From Tubiluchus corallicola (Eukaryota; Animalia; Priapulida), in assembly GCA_030141605.1 (NCBI GenBank), contig JAQGDQ010001675.1:1-30081 (forward strand): DNA of 30,081 bases, read 5' to 3'. Shown in pieces: positions 1 through 30,081 of the stretch (positions within the stretch are counted from its first letter, which is position 1; every line of letters starts with the position of its first letter). The notes under the pieces are model-generated. The model did no database searches. It had not been told where the DNA came from and saw nothing but the letters and a program-made list of their open reading frames with translations. The position numbers and the translations under genes are program-made.

Positions 1-1216
1 CAATAGGTTGAATTTAAATCCAATAACTTTCTTGAAATATACAGAAAATGACATGAAATATACAGGGTGTTCCAGAAAAAATAGGACAGTAGAAATATGC
101 TCATATGCTGATCAAATCACAAGGAAATGCAGTTGAGTGTTAAGTCATATAGAAACAGATCAACACTAAAATAACTGTTGGACTTATGGACATAATCAGG
201 AACGACGTTGAATGTTATGAATAACATTCTCAAGATCAACATGTTGGATACTTTGAATAAATCTGTTATTCTGCCGAAATGAACCAGGATTTTTGCACTA
301 TGACATATATAACGACATAAAAGCAATATTAATTTAACACACGTTATAACACAGATAATTCTTAATGATGTTAATAATTCAATATCACTTAATATTCAAC
401 TCAACCTTTATAACTCCAATTATAACTCCACTTTTCTTACTATATAACTTGGTTATTGAACATTTCAATAAATGCATATCAGCACATTTCTACCATGCCA
501 TTTCTTTTGAAACACCCAGTACTAAAATATGCTATAGCAAGACAGCATACCAGTGCGATGGTTTCAAACTCGAGAATAAACTAAATAAGCGATGCGATCA
601 TAAGAACCATTAATCAGGTAATTGTAAGTGCAACGACTCCTAGACACGGGTAATTTGTAATAAGCCCATTAGCTAACTAGTGGTGGTGTATTTTGGCAGC
701 TACATCACGGCATTACAATCTTGATACAAATTTTTTATTACTGTTAACTATAATATCATTGAGATTTTTGAATATTACTCTGGTTTGTTCATCTTTTTAT
801 AGGAAATGCCAAGCCTTCTGTGATGTTAGTCTTGCTTCAATGTTTGCAAAAATGTTAGAAAGATTTAGTAATAAAACTGCGATAAACGCCTCGTGTAATT
901 AGTAAATAAATGTCATGATTGTTTCGCAGTTGATGTTCCTCTATGAATGCCATTTCTTCCATCAACGACGTCATTCATCAGCAGAGAAAAAGCAGAGCAC
1001 TGTCAATTTCCAGTAAACGTTTAACATATATTTACAAAAAATTTGATAGCTAATTTTGTGACATTTTTGCACGAGTATTAATTAAGCTGCATAAGTCTGA
1101 ATTAGTTTAAGCAGCGAGTGCTTACAGAAAACTACAATGCGCTTACAAAAAGTCATGAAGTCAGTCAGTAAGTCATAATTTTCAGTGAATGGCAGCTGCC
1201 ACCAAGCTTTTGTTAT

Positions 1217-2548
1217 ATAAACTAACTTTATAGACAATTTTTTTACCAATTTGTTCACAATATTTTTTCAAGTTTAACTGGCAGCAGTACAGTAAACCAA
1301 ATATGCTGAGTGCCTTGTTCTTTCTCTTAAATATAGATTGACCATAAGAACCTCATACAACCAAGAAGTTATGATTCATATTTGACCTTACAGTAACACC
1401 AAATCATCATGAAGAAAATAGCAAACTTGTTAGAACTAGACAGGCAAGCTCAGTTGCAGGGAAATCGACTTCAGTTTTCAATTATTTTCTGGAAAGGTCT
1501 GCTGCAGGCTTCGCACATTTGATGCTTGAGCATTTTTTTTATAAAATCCTCTTCCTTGCACAAACACACACAATACTGACAACATCTAATTTTTTTCATG
1601 TCAAGAAGCCACATTTTAGCCTTCAATATAAACTTCATAATGGTTATTGTGATCATATGGTCACTCGTACTATTTTCACCTTTAACATGAAGTAAAATTG
1701 AACGCAAGGTCTCCTTTTACATAGTCAATCACCTTCAAAGTTGTTTACGATATCAAGTTGACATGTGACACACTGCCTTGGTAGTTAGCTGTCATTCGTT
1801 CTCTTGCTACGATTAGACAATTCTGGAACACGAGTCGGTTGTATGGTCACCCTAGTATGCAACTCTCAAGAATACTCTTGAAAGAACTCAGGATATATGT
1901 ACTAGTCTTGCTATTGTTTTGAATCTCACCGATTTCTACTCTTGGGCAAAGGTGTGAGACTGTAGACCTTACCTTATCTCAGATATAAATACGTAAAAGA
2001 TAACAACTTACACAATACAAGGTAGGCCTAATTATTACAAAGACACTAAAATCTTTTGCTAAAAACACGAGAACAACCAGAGCTACATCACTCAGTAGGC
2101 AGATCCTGGAGTCAAATAAGAAAGAATGGAGTGAAATTGCAAGACTGCAACTAAGGAAACAAGTTGACGAAACACCGGAAATCTTACGGTGCGTCCTATT
2201 TTCCTGGAAGCAAACAACGGAAAGATTTGTCTTATTGCCTATCGTTAGGAAAGAAAATCTGGGAAATTTTGAAACTTTGTCAGTGAAAGTTTTGACAAAA
2301 AATATTGTTGTAACGCTTGAGGTGATTTGAATTTTATTTATCACTTGCAAGTCAGCAGCGAACGGTATTAGTTGTTAATTAGAGAGCCGTTATGTGCATG
2401 ATAAATTTCTAAAAAGTAAAAGCACTTGTTATAAACTAACTTTATGCTTTATACTACTAAGTAGTAGACAATTTTTTGCGAATGTCCTTCCAAATTATTT
2501 ATATTTTTTTAAGTTGAACTGATAGCAGTAAAATAAATCCAACATGCC
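1217..2548. repeat. Two diverged direct copies of a ~100-bp sequence (1217-1308 and 2431-2548)
   Basis: Shared ATAAACTAACTTTAT...TAGACAATTTTTT...AAGTT(T/G)AACTG..AGCAGTA...ATGC. Confidence 0.6.
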
Positions 2549-2589
2549 ATTTGTTTGCTTTTTTAATATGCAACTGCTTGCAGCTGGGT

Positions 2590-3210
2590 TTGGATCATGA
2601 ATTAATTGCAGCCGATAATATAAAATACTTAGGTTTGTGCATTGATAATACATTGTCATGGAAAACTCAAATTAAATCAGTCACGTATAAATTTAATAAG
2701 CTCATTGGTCTTTTTGCTAAAGTGCGATATTTCTTAGACACCTTCATCTTACGAGTGCTTTACTACTCACTTGCATATCCTTATCTCCAGTATTGTATCT
2801 TGTGCTTTGGTACTGGAAAAACATCTGTCCTAAAACCACTCATTACAGCCCAGAATAAGATAGTGAAAATCATTACATTTAGCCCATATCGTGCTCATGC
2901 TACACCCTCTTATGTAAAACTTAAACTGTTAAAACTTAATGAAGTTTGCCTATTAGAGCTGGCGATGTATCGTTTTGTAAATAAGAACTTTTCTCTAACT
3001 ATTTTACTACCATGTCTGAAATTTATAACTACGAAACTAGATCTGGTACTCGTGGTCTATATTTTATGCCCAAATTCTGTACCACTCATGGATTAAGTAC
3101 TATCAAATATCAAGCTGTTAAATTCTGGAATTGTTTGAACAGTAGTATTAAAGATTCTAACGTATCTATATCTTGATCTCTAAACTTAAAAAGCGATTGC
3201 TATTAACTTT
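2590..3210 (+). mobile_element. 5'-truncated, frameshifted non-LTR retrotransposon (CR1/L2-group), C-terminal part of the RT ORF
   Basis: IKYLGLCIDNTLSWKTQI...LYYSLAYPYLQYC...QNKIVKII in ORF 2551..3096, continuing in another frame as YNYETRS...IKYQAVKFWNCL. These are typical post-RT motifs of CR1/L2-like LINEs. Confidence 0.88.
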
Positions 3211-3805
3211 CGCTGATTAATGTTGAGCTCTTGTTCAAATATATTCTATTTTCTTTACCTGATTTAATAATACTAACTGCATTAATATTCATAAAACTGA
3301 AAATACTACAGCATGGCATGAATCTGTGGCTCAGAAAATGTACTCCAATACTCAATTAATTTTTTTTCAATTATTGAATAACAAGCTACCGATTCGTACT
3401 TTGGATGCTGTTACTTATAATTTCTACAAATTAGTTAATCCACAGGCCATTACAGATAGTATCATAAATATCAGGAAATACTCTGTCTTTCTTCTCTTCT
3501 TTACAACAGAGTAATTATTAAAGTCATACTGCAGTACTATTTTATGAGTATAGTTTCAGGTGTTGTTCATAGATTGCACAAGTCTTATCTCTCCATTATA
3601 AAATTACTAAAAAACCTATGTAGCTAAATGTTTGTCTTATCAGCATATTGAAAATTATATTATTTAGTCTTATTGTCCAAGTCAGTAGATATATTTTTAC
3701 TCAAAAAGCCTAGAAATAATGAAGTTGAACTCAAATCAAAATGTATTTAACTCCTGTTGTTGATTAATTGCATTATTAACCCAAAGTATTTTTATCATTT
3801 TATAA

Positions 3806-3986
3806 CAATTTTGACCTGTGTTTTACATAAAATCTAAGTGCTATTTATAGTTTATACAAGATTGACCCTATTCTGTTGCCCACTGATTTATAGTGATTAT
3901 TACAGAGCAAATTTGACCTGTCTTCCACTCAAAATCTAAATGCTTTTTTTAGTTTAATCAAGATTGACCTTATTTTGTTGCCCACT
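3806..3986. repeat. Diverged tandem duplication, period about 102 bp
   Basis: TTTGACCTGT...AAAATCTAA.TGCT...CAAGATTGACC.TATT.TGTTGCCCACT occurs twice. Confidence 0.75.
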
Positions 3987-4609
3987 AAATTAAAGTACAT
4001 GTATTTTCTTTACTCTGGATTACTTAATTATATCGCAAATGTCATAATTTTAAAATCATGTTTCCTAAATTAAACTGATAACATTAATGCCAACCAGTGT
4101 CTAAAAATCATTTTGTCTATATTTGGTAAAGGATAGCAGACTAGGTGACTTCATAGTTTTTTCGCTATCCTTTCTCTAGTTCTATTCTATTCATTTTAAC
4201 TATTTCAATACTTATTAGCCATTCTTTTATTAATCATGTTTTATTGTAGTATTATAAAGAGATAAACAAAAAATTAAATTGAAAAAAATTTAAATTGAAT
4301 TAAAGTTTTGAACTTGCAAAGCCCAATTGTAACACACCTTCGTGGTTTTCTGTCTCTTGCACCAATTTCTGATCCACTGAGTAGCTACCAAAGAACAACC
4401 TTGTCGAGTTATTCATTGCTGGCTTACTCCACTCATTATATACTATAGACTGTACTGAGTGGCAACTAGTACTGCATTTAGGTAAACTGTACTGCATTTA
4501 GACTTAATCATTATTTGATTTATAATTTCAGATTCTATGTTTTTATATGTAGGTTGCAAGTTTACAGTGATCACACGACGTTACACTCATTTCCACCAAT
4601 GTTTAGGAA

Positions 4610-30081
<25,472 letters not shown>

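Noticed and set aside
61-95. TACAGGGTGTTCCAGAAAAAATAGGAC, a mariner-like TIR start
   Set aside because: No matching right end or transposase remnant found.

Overview
This is AT-rich eukaryotic (animal, probably invertebrate) genomic DNA, not prokaryotic. Most of the window is one intron-rich + strand gene, CENPJ/CPAP/SAS-4 (centriole assembly protein). I traced 15 GT-AG exons from 4610 to the window edge. They join in a consistent phase into about 1,013 codons with the N-terminal coiled coil, the PN2-3 tubulin-binding motifs (DERPIK...TFEDIVE; KPFLRKGAGLARF), the C-terminal coiled coil and the start of the TCP10/G-box domain. The gene continues beyond the window. Introns and upstream DNA hold a decayed non-LTR retrotransposon, a deleted mariner-type transposon, several MITE families, tRNA-derived SINE-like heads, 72-bp and 70-bp minisatellites and microsatellites. 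Most ORFs in the supplied track are artefacts of repeats or exon antisense strands. I see no firm evidence of a new biological system. The best leads are a 153-nt hairpin that buries the acceptor of a candidate poison exon in intron 3, a stop-free 72-bp array inside a TSD-flanked hAT-like element, and a short uORF overlapping the putative start codon. Homologies are recognised from memory, not from database searches.
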